In this document: positions 12,965-25,635 of the stretch, piece by piece
Layout of the letters: each line of letters begins with the position of its first letter
How positions within the stretch are numbered: position 1 is the stretch's first letter
Assembly: GCA_964016885.1 (NCBI GenBank)
Contig: OZ024750.1
Coordinates: forward strand, 5,332,001 to 5,396,000
Direction: 5' to 3'
Length of the DNA stretch: 64,000 nucleotides
From: Eledone cirrhosa
Taxonomy: Eukaryota
The notes under the pieces: generated by a model
Database searches by the model: none
The model's input: only the letters and a program-made list of their open reading frames with translations
Told to the model about the DNA's origin: nothing
Translations under genes and position numbers: made by a program

Positions 12965-13046
12965 TGTCCTCGGGAGTGCTTGGTTATTTCATTGTCTTAG
13001 CCTCGCCATCCTCCTCGTCAGTACTGCGAATGTGTTGGCTTGCCTC
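12965..13046 (+). mobile_element. CRE-like 3' fragment
   Basis: GCTTGGTTATTTCATTGTCTTAGCCTCGCCATC...GCTGCG-like GAATGTGTTGGCTTGC (AWLFHCLSLAI...AxVLAC). Confidence 0.65.
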
Positions 13047-16000
13047 AAAAATTATTATCGAGAAACACGATAATGTGTGATTGAATGTGCTGGTCTTCTT
13101 TATTTACACACATATATATAGTTGTTGATTTTTTTTATCTCTTTAGATTTATACTAATTTTTAAAATAATACAGGAATAAAAAATCTAGATGCATTTAAT
13201 TAGAAATGAAATGGGACTAATCAAACAAAGGCATTTTTATTTATTTACTTAGAAGTTTATGAGTGAAGATTTATGTGTCCTATGAACAAATTAAACGAGA
13301 TCAAAACAGCAAAATATATATTGCAAGGTGTAATAATTTATATATAATAGCCAAGAGAAAAACGGTAATGTCCTTCCTGGCAGTTGCATCCTTACAACAC
13401 AGAAAATCGAAAAATCTACGAATTTCGAATATCAGGTTTATGTACAAAAAATTAGGGAGGGTTCTAGAAAAAATATCTGCGCTAAAATGGAACAGTACTG
13501 AATTAAAACCGAGTCATTATTTTACATTCAACCATTATAGTTGGTTTCATTTTTAACTATGCTGTAATTCTCTAATTTTACTACATTGTTTAAGATTAAA
13601 ATAAAAAAACTAGACATTTTTTTTTCATTTACGTCTTGTCGCTTACGTTTGAAGTAACTGTAGAATATATCGTGTTTAAACGAAATATATGTTAACACTG
13701 ATGAATTTATATAATGAAGCTTAATATAAAGTCGTAATAAGTAATAGCAACAAGTGAAATTTAGGTAAATACATGATATTCAGTAAATATTGTAATATTT
13801 AAGGAGAGGAAACGTTTAATCACAATTATATCTCCAATATTAAATTCGTTAAAGGCCAAACATCGTTTGCGGTGTGATAATTTTACAATTTACCTTTCAG
13901 TGACATACATTACTTATAACATATTTAAACATCGAAATGGTAATTATTAGTAAGTGCAAAAACACAAGACGATTTTAATGGCAATGAACATTTATTTTAT
14001 AATATAAAAAAATAAGGCTACTTCTTTAACTTATGTAATTGTGAATATCTCTTACGCAATCACTTTGAATGTTTTAACAATTATAAAACAAATTAATATG
14101 CCCATATGTTAAACATATAATTGAATCTTTGAACAATTATTAAAGAAAATTAGAGTCTGCTTATTAAATATATAATTTTTAAATTACTTAAAGACACGAG
14201 ACATGTTTTTCAATTAGGAGAATCCATGTTAAGATGGGAATGTAGGTGTTCTAAACTCGCTAAATATTATATAACACGAAGAAATGAGTGCATTGGTTAT
14301 TTAGAAACGTTTATTGGCACCTGTTCATGGAATCTGGAATATGTCGCAATCGTACTACTGTTAATAGTAAACTTGACAACATCTAGGGAATTTACGAGTA
14401 AAATTCATCAACTAACTTCTTAAAATAACCCAAATTTATAAATTTTGACGTGTTTCAAGGACACTAGCTTCATTCTTTCCCACCCATCTTTCTATACCGA
14501 ATGCTTCACACCTACTTAAAATTTACTACATACATAATTCCTGAAACTTTCTACTAATATCGATTTTTTAAAATAAATTCGGACGCTTGCAATGCTATAA
14601 ATTCTTCTTAACGTGTAAATGACCTTGACCAAATATTTAGAATATCAAATAGTAATTATTTATAATCATAAAGTATATATTGCACTTGAAAGTATGCATG
14701 TCTTCTAATACCAAAGCAATCAAAATGGCAGGCAGAATTTCCTTAATATTTTATTAAATCGTAATTGGCTTATGATGTAAAAGTTTATGCAATTATATAA
14801 TTAGTTTAAATATTTTGCAATAAAAACAAAACTTATTTATTAAATATATTTTTGCAGGTATCAAAGGAGTGATTAAAAAAAAAACAGTGTCATATAAAAT
14901 AAGTATCGTAGTGAATGCGTGAAATTATCAGAGCTACTTTCAACCCTCTCTTTCACTTATCTGATCAATACTCAAGATGCTGCTTACTTTCTGCAAGTAC
15001 CAAGTTCTTGAGGAATTGGGTTGATGTTTTGCCTATGACCAACATCGTGGGCTTACTCTATCTGGTTGAGCTGCGCTCAGTGTTTAGCAATCAAATAGAG
15101 AAAATATAGAGTTTGAAAGGACTCTTCAGTCTGGCCTAGCATATGACAACCTCTTTAATGCACCCAGTACACCCTGTAAAGTGTTAGTGTTGGTGCCACA
15201 ATAAAATGCACCCAGTCCACTCTGTAAATTGGTAGTCTTGGTGTCGCACCCTGTAAAATAGTTGATGTTCGGATGATGACATAAGCAGTGTATTTTATAT
15301 GTAACCTGGTCACAGAGAGTTGAATGGATCAAAAACAAATATACTCATGTGGCTAAGTCAACAAGGCAGCCTCTAGCTGATCTACTACAAATAGCAGCCA
15401 AATTCTCTAAATTTAAACTCTACCATCTTTAAAAAAGTAAGTTAATATTGACCAATGTAGTCCTAGGTATACAAAAAGATGGTATGGTCATGGCTTGAAA
15501 GTCTTTGATCATAGGTCTTTCTAATCAGGGCTGATCTTTGGCTAAACATTTCCTAAACAACATTAAACTGTTACAGTTAACTTTTTTCTCAGTGTAAAAA
15601 TTGAACTTAGTACTACAAATTAATGAACTGCTTGTTAATTTTATAGCACAGCTCCCTACTATATTCTCTGGTGGACTATATCTCTTAGTGATAGCTACTT
15701 TGAGAATGGTGAACTGAACTCTGTTGTTTAAAGATAATTGTCTTGGTAATTGCTGCAACAGGAAGCAAATTATTGTTGTCTTGGTTGTTTGTTTAGGATC
15801 CTATCTATTCGGTCATCTATGCTCTCATTATATTATGAGGAAAACTGATTATTTTGAGAAGCAGGCTTAGCATGACTCCTTAGATGTGAATAAATTATGT
15901 TTGGTGCAAACAAAACTGTGTGATTAACCATAGCTTTGAGTGAAGCAATTTGGGCAAATGTCTCTTAGATTAGCTTCCGGTTCTTCTTTCTCTAACTCCT

Positions 16001-16486
16001 GAGGGAGTTGTAGGACCACCATATTGACATGCAGCATTTCTAGGGCATTAATAAAAAAAAAACCTATTGGAGCCCATCTATCCATGTCTGAATACAGCAG
16101 ATTTCTTCCAGAGAAGGATAGATAGTGAGAAAGAAATATAGAGGAAAAATCAACCTCAGTACTAGACTGGTACGTTTTCATCAACCTCAAATGGATGAAA
16201 GGCAAAAACTGGTTTTTAGTTTCATCATGTAGACTCAAATATTTAGTATAGTGAATTCAATTAACCCCAGTACATGACTGGTACATATTTCATAGAGCTT
16301 CCCCACTCCAGATAAAAGATAAGTAAAATTGGCCTGGCGGAACTTCAATGTAAAATGTTAAGTTATTTACCTAACTAGCGATAGTTAAGTTATTTGATGC
16401 AGTAAGTATTAGTGTAGGAGGGAAATAAACCCAAATAAATCCGCACTCAAATTGTAATGACTTCTCCAACATACAAAGGTTAGCTG

Positions 16487-16557
16487 TAAGGTTCATAGGC
16501 TGACCAAGATACTCTCATGGAATGACCAAATGAGGTTTATTTTTCAACATAGTCCCC
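16487..16557 (-). mobile_element. Second copy of the same mariner right end
   Basis: Reverse complement of about 21414-21485 (GGGGACTATGTTGAAAAATAAACCTCATTT...TATCTTGGTCAGCCTATGAAC). Confidence 0.85.
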
Positions 16558-16666
16558 GGAAAGAAACAATGCAGTTATTAATAAGAAGAGTTGAAATTAA
16601 TGCACGCAAGATTTCACAGCTATGGCCCTTCCTAATGTTAACCCTTTTACAGTGATGTTTTTGGTG

Positions 16667-16699
<33 letters not shown>

Positions 16700-17068
16700 G
16701 TAGTAGTAGTAGTAGTAATGGTAGCAAAAGTCATAATAAATCACACTTGTTTTTTTTTAAAGATATGTTAGATTAGAAGCAAGCAAAGAGATTACATTAA
16801 ACAGTGAACGTCACTGCATATAAAAGAATGTTTAAGCAGTAATTACAATTAACATTCTTTAAAAACATGTATGATGATGGTTATAATAAAACAGTTTTCA
16901 CTGGTCAGTCAGTTTTATATATGTCATAATAGATAACTAAATTATAAATAAGACCATAAAAAAATAATCATTGCCTAGAATGATAACACAGAAATTAACT
17001 TAATTTGAATTGCTAAACTAGAGAATAACAGATGAGTTATAAAGTTATGTAAATCTCAAGTGCCAAGT

Positions 17069-17282
17069 TTAACCCTTTAGCATTTACTCTATATTTATAC
17101 TATTGTATTTTCATGGTAAATGCTTTATTTCACCTAATTATCTCACATAATATCGAATCTATGAGATTTTGATGTTATTTATTTTGAGAACAATACCTTG
17201 AGTGGCTTGTTACAACCAGTTTGAACAGAAATGGTAAGAGAATTCTGGCCGGATACAGCCGGTTTAAATGCTAAAGGGTTAA
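17069..17282. mobile_element. piggyBac-type MITE, same family
   Basis: TTAA-CCCTTTAGCATTTA...AAATGCTAAAGGG-TTAA. Confidence 0.85.
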
Positions 17283-17512
17283 CACTTTTCTTATCATATT
17301 TCCAATGAAAAACATTGCCTATGGTTTTCAAATGATAGACAATTGGAGGGGTTTAGTGAAATAACTAACTTTCTCATTATTAAGTTGGAGTTTTGAGGGT
17401 GGTGGATTAGCAGTATTGGTAGAGCATTGGACAATATATTCCTAAAAGGACAGAATGGTCATTGTTGGAGAGTCTTTGATCAAAGGTCTGTTCAATCCAA
17501 GTTAAACTGGGA

Positions 17513-18495
17513 TTAATCTTTGAGCATTTAAACCGTCCATATCCAGCCAGAATTCTCTCACCTCTTTCTGTTCAAACCGGCCATAATTGGCCACTCATAC
17601 TGATGTTAAGGTATTGTTCTCAAAATAAATAACATGAAAATCTCATAGAATCGATATTATGTGAGGTAAAGTCTTTACTGTGAAAATACAATAGTATATA
17701 TAGAGTAATGTAAATGCTATGTGAGATAAAGTCTTTACATGAAAATACAATAGTATATATAGAGTAATGTAAATGCTATGTGAGATAAAGTCTTTACATG
17801 AAAATACAATAGTATATATAGAGTAATGTAAATGCTATGTGAGATAAAGTCTTTACATGAAAATACAATAGTATATATAGAGTAATGTAAATGCTATGTG
17901 AGATAAAGTCTTTACATGAAAATACAATAGTATATATAGAGTAATGTAAATGCTATGTGAGATAAAGTCTTTACATGAAAATACAATAGTATATATAGAG
18001 TAATGTAAATGCTATGTGAGATAAAGTCTTTACATGAAAATACAATAGTATATATAGAGTAATGTAAATGCTATGTGAGATAAAGTCTTTACATGAAAAT
18101 ACAATAGTATATATAGAGTAATGTAAATGCTATGTGAGATAAAGTCTTTACATGAAAATACAATAGTATATATAGAGTAATGTAAATGCTATGTGAGATA
18201 AAGTCTTTACATGAAAATACAATAGTATATATAGAGTAATGTAAATGCTATGTGAGATAAAGTCTTTACATGAAAATACAATAGTATATATAGAGTAATG
18301 TAAATGCTATGTGAGATAAAGTCTTTACATGAAAATACAATAGTATATATAGAGTAATGTAAATGCTATGTGAGATAAAGTCTTTACATGAAAATACAAT
18401 AGTATATATAGAGTAATGTAAATGCTTTGTGAGATAAAGTCTTTACATGAAAATACAATAGTATATATAGAGTAATGTAAATGCTAAAGGATTAA
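17513..18495. mobile_element. piggyBac-type MITE expanded by an internal 59-bp minisatellite
   Basis: Family body and TTAA-flanked ends enclose the tandem array. Confidence 0.8.
17659..18485. repeat. 59-bp minisatellite, about 14 near-identical copies
   Basis: Unit ATGTGAGATAAAGTCTTTACATGAAAATACAATAGTATATATAGAGTAATGTAAATGCT. Confidence 0.97.
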
Positions 18496-18744
18496 ACAAC
18501 AATAACAATTACTATATTTACTACATATCAGTTCTGTATGAGCAAGACACGGTCATCTGATTTTAACATGTCTCACAACGGGACAATCTGTCTAACCCAT
18601 GCTAGTATGGAAGAATGGATGTTAAATGGTGATGATGATGATGATGATGATGTCACTCTTACTTTGTAGCCTGTCACCTGTCACCTGTCATTTTTATAGC
18701 TGAACCTCATTCCACATTCAACCTATTGATTAAACCTAATGAAA

Positions 18745-18834
18745 CACACACATACACAGTTAAATCTACATGTAAAGATACATACATACGCACACTACCA
18801 CTCACACATATATATATATACATGCATATTCTGC

Positions 18835-18903
<69 letters not shown>

Positions 18904-19190
18904 TGACACACATACACACATACAGTGATATACATTCATGCAAAGATACATATATATATACACACATACACACATACATACACTGACACACATACAGTGA
19001 TATACATACATGCAAAGATACATACATACACACACACACACATACATACACTACCACACACATATATACACTACTACACATACTACCACACACATACATA
19101 CGCTGATATATGCAAAGATACATATATACACACACATGCATACATACACTACCACACACATACACTACCACACACACATACAGACTGGAC
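18745..19190. repeat. Compound (CA)/(TA) low-complexity tract
   Basis: Read directly; explains the spurious YI/HT-rich ORFs. Confidence 0.95.
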
Positions 19191-19224
19191 TCCACCCTCT
19201 TTACAACTTTCTATTGTCTATGTC

Positions 19225-19445
19225 TTAATCCTTTAACATTCGCAATACTCTATTTATACTATTATATTTTCATGGTAAAGGCCTTACCTCACATAGTTAT
19301 CTCACATAATATCGAATCTATGAGATTTTGAAAGTATTTATTTTGAGAACAATACCTTAACATCAGTTTGAGCGACCAGTTACAGCCAGTTTCAACAGAA
19401 AGTGGTAGAGAACTCTGGCCGGTTTTGACTGGTTTAAAGGGTTAA
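19225..19445. mobile_element. piggyBac-type MITE, same family
   Basis: TTAA flanks and shared internal sequence (ATATCGAATCTATGAGATTTTG...). Confidence 0.75.
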
Positions 19446-19587
19446 GCAAACTAAACAATAGTCAGATCAAATATATTTTGTATGAATTTATATATTTCTA
19501 GTGTGAAAGAACTAGAATAGGTTACATAAAACTATGTAATACATAACAAATAAGACGATAATAATAATGGTTGAATGGTGTGAAAAT

Positions 19588-19669
19588 ATTAGGTTGTAAT
19601 ATAAATTCCCGCCGTTGTTATAAGGTCTCTTAATAAGAAAAGGGCGGGAAATTATGTTACAATCTAATA
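19588..19669. mobile_element. About 80-bp mariner-type (MADE-like) MITE
   Basis: TIRs TTAGGTTGTAATATAAATTCCCGCC / GGCGGGAAATTATGTTACAATCTAA with TA flanks; sister copy at 62939-63020. Confidence 0.75.
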
Positions 19670-19751
19670 TAATGTATTGAGTGGCATTCAAACATTAGCA
19701 TGTGTGCAATATATGAGCAATGGTGGGAGAAATATGAAGGAACAATGTTGA

Positions 19752-20258
19752 AAATAATAATTGTTTCTACTTTTGGCACAAGGCCAGCAATTACCCCAGT
19801 GCATTACTGGTGCTTTATTTTATCGAACCTGTAAGGATGAAAGGCAAAGTTAGCCTCAGTGGGATTTGAACTCAGATAATAAAGGGCCGTAACTCTATGC
19901 TGCAAAGCATGGCATCCAACTTTCTTCCGATACTGCCAATCCTGAAAATAATAATGATCTTTGAGTTAGGCTCAAGGTCAAAAATTTTGGAGTAGGAGAA
20001 AGTCAATTAAATCAACCCCAGTATGTTACTGCTACTTTATTTTATTGAGTCCCTAAGGATGAAATGCAAAGCTAACCTTGGCAGGATTTGAACTCAGAAC
20101 CTAAAGGGCTGTAATTCTACACTGCGAAGCATGTTGTCCGATGCTCTACCGATTCTGACACTCCACCACTCTAGTGTTGAAAATAATAATGGTTTCTGAT
20201 TTAGGCACAAGGTCAACAGTTTTAGGAAGTTGATTAAATCAACCCCAGTGTGTTACTT
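19752..20258 (-). mobile_element. Three head-to-tail SINE family A copies (third truncated)
   Basis: Units start at about 19752, 19948 and 20180, each opening with GAAAATAATAAT. Confidence 0.8.
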
Positions 20259-20917
20259 TGGCATCTTTGACCACTTGATTGAACCAAAAGGTTACAAAGA
20301 TCAACTGGTTTAATCATCTCTATGTATTGGGTCTCTGTCAGTTCTGATGATAAGAGTTCCAGTTGTTCAAAGAATGGAACAGCCTGCTTGTGAAATCATC
20401 ATGCAAATGACTGAGCATTTCACAGACATGTGTACTCTTAACATAGTTCTCAGAGAGATTCAGTGTGATAAGGCTGATCCTTTGAATTACAGATACAAGT
20501 CACTTTTTTCCAGCTGAGTTGACTGGAGCATATGAAAAAAAGTGAGTGTCTTGCTCAAGGACATAACACGGAACCAAACTCACAACCTTATGATCATAAG
20601 TCAAACATCTACCCACTAAGCCACACACCTTCACTAGTCATCTCTGATGCAAGAGGGATAACAAAAGGTCAATTTGAAGGTGGATGGTACTTGTCCTTCA
20701 GGATATCAAAATTGGTTATGTGTAGATAATATTAAGTTTGACTTAAAGTAGTTTAACTCTTTTGATATCAAACTACCTTTTCCTCTATCATACAAACTGA
20801 TTGTTTTAAAGTGTTTATATTTATTTTAAAACTTTGCATTATAATTTTATGTTCCAAACATCAGTAAGAAAGTTTGTTATATTACTAAATCTCTCCAAAT
20901 TTTTTAATGGTTTTCTG

Positions 20918-21500
20918 ATGAAAGGGGTCTTGTTCATCAGGACAATGCTCCAGCACACAAGTCCTTGGTTTCAATGTCTGCTGTGTGTGACTGTGGCTTT
21001 GAACTAGTTGATCACCCTCCCTATTCTCCTGATTTGGCCCCATCTGACTACCATCTGTTCCACAACATGTAAAAAACACTTGGTTGGGAAGCAGTATTGC
21101 AGTAATGATAGCATCATATCTGCTGTTGTTGGTTGGGAAGCAGTATTGCAGTAATGATAACATCATATCTGCTGTTGTTAGTTGGGAAGCAGTATTGCAG
21201 TAATGATAGCATCATATCTGCTGTTGTTAGTTGGGAAGCAGTATTGCAGTAATGATAGCATCATATCTGCTGTTGTTAGTTGGGAAGCAGTATTGCAGTA
21301 ATGATGACATCATATCTGCTGTTGATGACTTTTTTCACCAACGTGATGAAAGCTTCTTCATCAATAGGATCCAGGCACTGCAACATCAATGGAAGAAGTG
21401 TGTAAACCGCAAGGGGGACTATGTTGAAAAATAAACCTCATTTAGTCACATTTTATGCGAGTATCTTGGTCAGCCTATGAACTTTATTGCCAACCATCAT
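20918..21500 (+). mobile_element. Mariner transposase pseudogene: C-terminal half plus right end
   Basis: QDNAPAHKS...GFELVDHPPYSPDLAPSDYHLF...GKQYCSNDDIISAVDDFF...IQALQHQWKKCVNRKGDYVEK*; disrupted by a stop/frameshift and an internal tandem repeat. Confidence 0.93.
21080..21325. repeat. About 50-bp tandem repeat (about 5 copies) inside the mariner ORF
   Basis: GTTGGGAAGCAGTATTGCAGTAATGATAGCATCATATCTGCTGTTGTTA repeated. Confidence 0.95.
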
Positions 21501-22768
21501 ATTCACGTCATCATATAAATAGGGATAGGGTGACTTTTATCATGTCATCAACATATAAATACATATAGTCACTTAAAAAAGATCATTGTTGACATTCAAA
21601 GTTGTTATGAAACCATTTGTGAAATGCGTTTTCCTGCAATTTTAATTAGATCTTTTTAATTGTTATGTTTGATGTATAGTTTGTTAATTATAAAAGTACC
21701 CTCACTAAACTAGTGAAATAAGTTATTAACTGACTTAAAGAAGAAATGTAACTGTTCAATTGATTTGAACAAAAAAATAAAATAATAACCTGTATGACAT
21801 ATTACATAATTGTGTGTATATAGTTATGTAACTACGATGGTGTGTAGAGGCGCTGGATTTCTGATAGGTTCACGTGCTCAAATTTTCTTTTGAACAGCAT
21901 TTTTTATTGACAACAAAAAATGATGACATATAAAAAAACATTTTATTATATGAGTGGTTAACAATGAACAAAATGGAGGATGTGGACTAGGAGGAGGTTG
22001 TGGAGTAGTAGTAGGAGGGAGAAAATGGACATTTTATATTACATATACATTATCAGGGACAGTGGAACAGGGAGCGGGGACTGGTTCCACCTGTAATTAT
22101 ATTTTTCTCCCCAAACTACCAAAACACTCATCTATTTGTATATACGCTAAAATTTATATACATGTTACGTTTATCGCATATCAAAGTTTTTTTAATATCT
22201 TGGTTGATATTTGATAATAACAGCTAAACTAATCGCTGTAACTAAATTGACCAAATTAGGCCCCTCCAATTCAGAAATGCTTCCACCACCTGATTATTTA
22301 CAGAGGTAGTGAACTGGCACAGTCATTAGAACATCAGATAGAATCCTTGGCAGTATTCGTTCTGGTTCTCTTCTCTCTGAGTTCAAATCCCACTGAAGTC
22401 GATAAAAAAAATACCAATCCAGTATCTTTTTTCCCCTTTCTCTCTCTCTTTCTCAATCCTTCTCTGGAAGAAATCTGCTGAGTTCAGACCTGGAGAGGGA
22501 TGGGCTCAGCCAGGCTTAAAATGTTCAAGAAACACTGTAGTTACAGGACCATACATACATTATTACACAAATAAAGTACCAGTAATACACTGGTTAATTG
22601 CTGGCCTTGTGCCAAAAGTAGAAACAATTATTACAAAAATATATATAGTACCAAAACTGTATTACACAATCAACAGAGTATAATTATATAGTAAAATTAC
22701 AATAGCAGGTTCAATACCTTATAATTGGCTTAGATTGCTATCCTCATTATCATTATTTAACCCTTTAA

Positions 22769-22985
22769 GGGCGGTGGATTGTCAGTGTCGGTAGAGCGTT
22801 GGACACCATGCTTTGCAGCATAGAGTTACAGCCTTTTTATGATATAAATTCAAATCCCGCTGAGGTTAACTTTGTGTTTCATCCTTACAGGGTCGATAAA
22901 GTACCAGTAACGTACTGGTGTCGATTTAATCGACTGTCCCTTCCCCTCAAATTACTGGTCTTGTGCCTATACTAGAAATCATTAT
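22769..22985 (+). mobile_element. SINE family A copy
   Basis: Full head, core and tail. Confidence 0.85.
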
Positions 22986-23201
22986 TTAACTCTTCAGCAT
23001 TTAAACTAGCCATATCCAGCCTGAATTCTCTCGCTTCTTTCTGTTTAAACCAGCTGCTCATACTTATGTTAAAACTTATGTTCTCAAAATCAAATCAAAA
23101 TCTCATAGATGCAATATTATGTGAGATAATTATGTGAGGTAATGCCTTTACCATGAAAATATAATAGTAAATATAGGGTAATGTAAATGGTAAAGGGTTA
23201 A
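22986..23201. mobile_element. piggyBac-type MITE, same family
   Basis: TTAA flanks, ...GTAAATGGTAAAGGG-TTAA end. Confidence 0.75.
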
Positions 23202-24401
23202 TGTCTGAATTGTCACAGAACAAACCAGTACTTTGTTAGCTGGGTCAGGGGTTGCATCTCAATTACATAGGTTTTTGCACTCTACACGATGCACAATGTG
23301 CATTTTATCAGGATACTAACACAAAGGTGCTTGTTATGTCTTTGACACAGCTGAAGAGACCTCTACACTCTTTGTTTAGCAAGTTTTCTATAACTGGATG
23401 CCCTTCCTAACACCAACCACTTTACTGAGTGTACTATATACTGGGTACCTTTCATCATGTCACCAACATGATTATACTATATATTTAAAGTGGTGAACAT
23501 ATCTAAACCAGAAGAACACCAAGCTTTATAATGAGAATGATCCCATACTGTTCTGAGTGAAATAAGTACCGGTAATATCTTGAGGTTGGTTCAATCAATG
23601 ATGTATAATTACTGTTAATAATATGGTTTTATTTAGTAACAACAACTAAATTGTTAAAGTGGTATGAAATCTTAAATTAACATTAAAAAATTTTATATCA
23701 TAGGAAGCATAATAGCAAGGAAATGAACCCTTTTGATACAAGCCTGGTGAGAGGTGAACTATCTGGAAAGAATGGACACCAGGTCAACAGAAATACATTG
23801 ACAACAATTTAGAAAGAAATTTCTCTCATTTGCTTTATGACATAAAACTGAAGCTCAGCAATGACATTTAAAAGTCTCTTAGGGATTTTATTTATATTTC
23901 CAGGACAAAACCATCTATCTGCTTAATAGAAAATCCCTTCCCTGTCTTTCATTCTTTTCTGCAATTAAAAAGCTTTTTGAATTCTTGCACCCAAACATAC
24001 TGAAGGTAATTGTCTTCCTATTGCCCACCAACTTTATTATATCACACTTAAGTCAATGGGAGAACCTCTTTGTATTTGCTTGACCTGTTGGAAATAGCAG
24101 TCATATTTTCCTAATATTACATCCTACTTTCTACAAAAAAACAAAAAACATATACATTTGCTTATGTTATTCGGGCTACATTAGCTGGGATGGTCATAGC
24201 TGGAATGGTTATAGCTGGACTTCTTTTGGTGATAGTTCAGCTAGAATAGAGACAACTCGGGGCTAAATAACAACAATAATTATTCTACACTTCTTAAGAT
24301 TTATACTAAAACTACTCCAACCCTTTTCACTTAGTGCCCCCCCCCCCTACTAAATTGCAACAATTCGAACTAAACCCAAGAAAAAGATATGAGCAATTCA
24401 T

Positions 24402-24832
24402 TATAATGGTTTCTGATTTAGGCACAAGGGCAGCAATTGGGGGGAGGGGGAAGTCGCTTAAATCGCCTCCAGTACGTTACTGGTACTTTATTTTATTGAC
24501 CTTGTAAGGATGAAAGACAAAGCTAACCTGGGTGGAATTTGAACTCACACCGTAAAGGACTGTAACTATATGCCGCAAAGCATGTCAGACGCTCTACTTA
24601 TATTGCCAATCCAAATGATTTCTGATTTAGGCACAAGGTCAACAATTTAGGGGTGAGGAGAAAGTCGATTAAATCGACACCAGTGCGTGACTGGTATTTT
24701 ATTTTATAGACCTCGGAAGAATGAAAGACAAAGCTAAACTAGGCGGAATTTGAACTCAGAAAATAAAGGACCGAAACTATATGCCGCAAAGCATGTTGTC
24801 TGGCGCTCTACCGATACTGCCAATTCACCGTC
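24402..24832 (-). mobile_element. Two tandem SINE family A copies just upstream of the mitoferrin promoter
   Basis: Two consecutive reverse-complement copies. Confidence 0.85.
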
Positions 24833-24935
24833 CTCACAGACACGAAATAATAAATATATATTTTTTATTGTTGCTATTTACTAACATAAAACATCATGAA
24901 AGTTGACAAGTCTCCTCTGCGAAGGACGTGCTTAA

Positions 24936-24944
24936 CCGGAAGTG
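24936..24944 (+). promoter_or_regulatory. ETS/GABP-type motif CCGGAAGTG in the likely mitoferrin promoter
   Basis: Exact CCGGAAGTG in a locally CpG-richer patch about 500 bp upstream of the mitoferrin ATG. Confidence 0.45.
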
Positions 24945-25440
24945 AAATAAATCATACGCATGCCTAACGTGCACTTAGGAAAGTTAACCCCACCGAGACA
25001 CTAACCTACCTTCTCCACCTTCCTTTCCATATTTCCAGTTTCTCTAAAGTAACACGGGAGGTTGTCTGTCTTGCTATTTAGAATCTTAACTTTTCTGATA
25101 ATTTGAATTAGAACAGGATATAAACTAACCTCTTCTGAATATAAACTAACAGGATATACACTAATCTCCAATGAATGTCATGATATGACAGTACCACAAT
25201 CTCATTTGGGTTTTTTCTAAAGCCGCTTGCTTTTTCTCAGAAAAAAAAGGAAAGATAAAACGCAAAAAACAATTACGTAACGCTTATTCCAAAATGTTTT
25301 ATTACACTCAAACTCGGAATATAACTATGGAACAACAGAGTTTAAGGTAGGAGACGATCGTTCGTTTTCTCCTCTACCTTTCTCTCTAACCAACCTATAA
25401 AAAACTGAACGAATGAAGATTGTCTTTATTACCCATTGAG

Positions 25441-25635
25441 ATGATGGTGGATGACAGTGGAGGTGTTGTTGTCAACAGCTCCTCTCCGGCATCGTCTTTG
25501 GCATATATGCCAAAGACCGAGGACAGCCCCTATGAAACTTTACCGACATCTGCTAAAAATGTAACTCACATGATGGCGGGTGCTGCTGCCGGGGTTATGG
25601 AGCACACCGTTATGTACCCGATCGACTGTATCAAG
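25441..25635 (+). CDS. SLC25A37: Mitoferrin (mitochondrial iron carrier), coding exon 1
   Basis: MMVDD...YETLP...[23 protein letters not shown] is the mitoferrin N-terminus with the carrier motif PxDxxK; donor AAG|GTATAA, phase 0. An invertebrate gene is likely co-orthologous to SLC25A37/SLC25A28. Confidence 0.93.

Noticed and set aside
17659-18485. CRISPR-like appearance of regular repeats (also 40461-40897 and 47668-47907)
   Set aside because: Contiguous units with no unique spacers, no cas genes, eukaryotic context
22053-22292. hAT-like MITE (CAGGG...GGTGGAA / TTCCACC...CCTG ends)
   Set aside because: Termini are degenerate, with no TSD and no second copy; not confident enough to list
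24950-25440. Iron-responsive element in the mitoferrin 5' region
   Set aside because: No CAGUGN-loop hairpin with a C bulge found by eye
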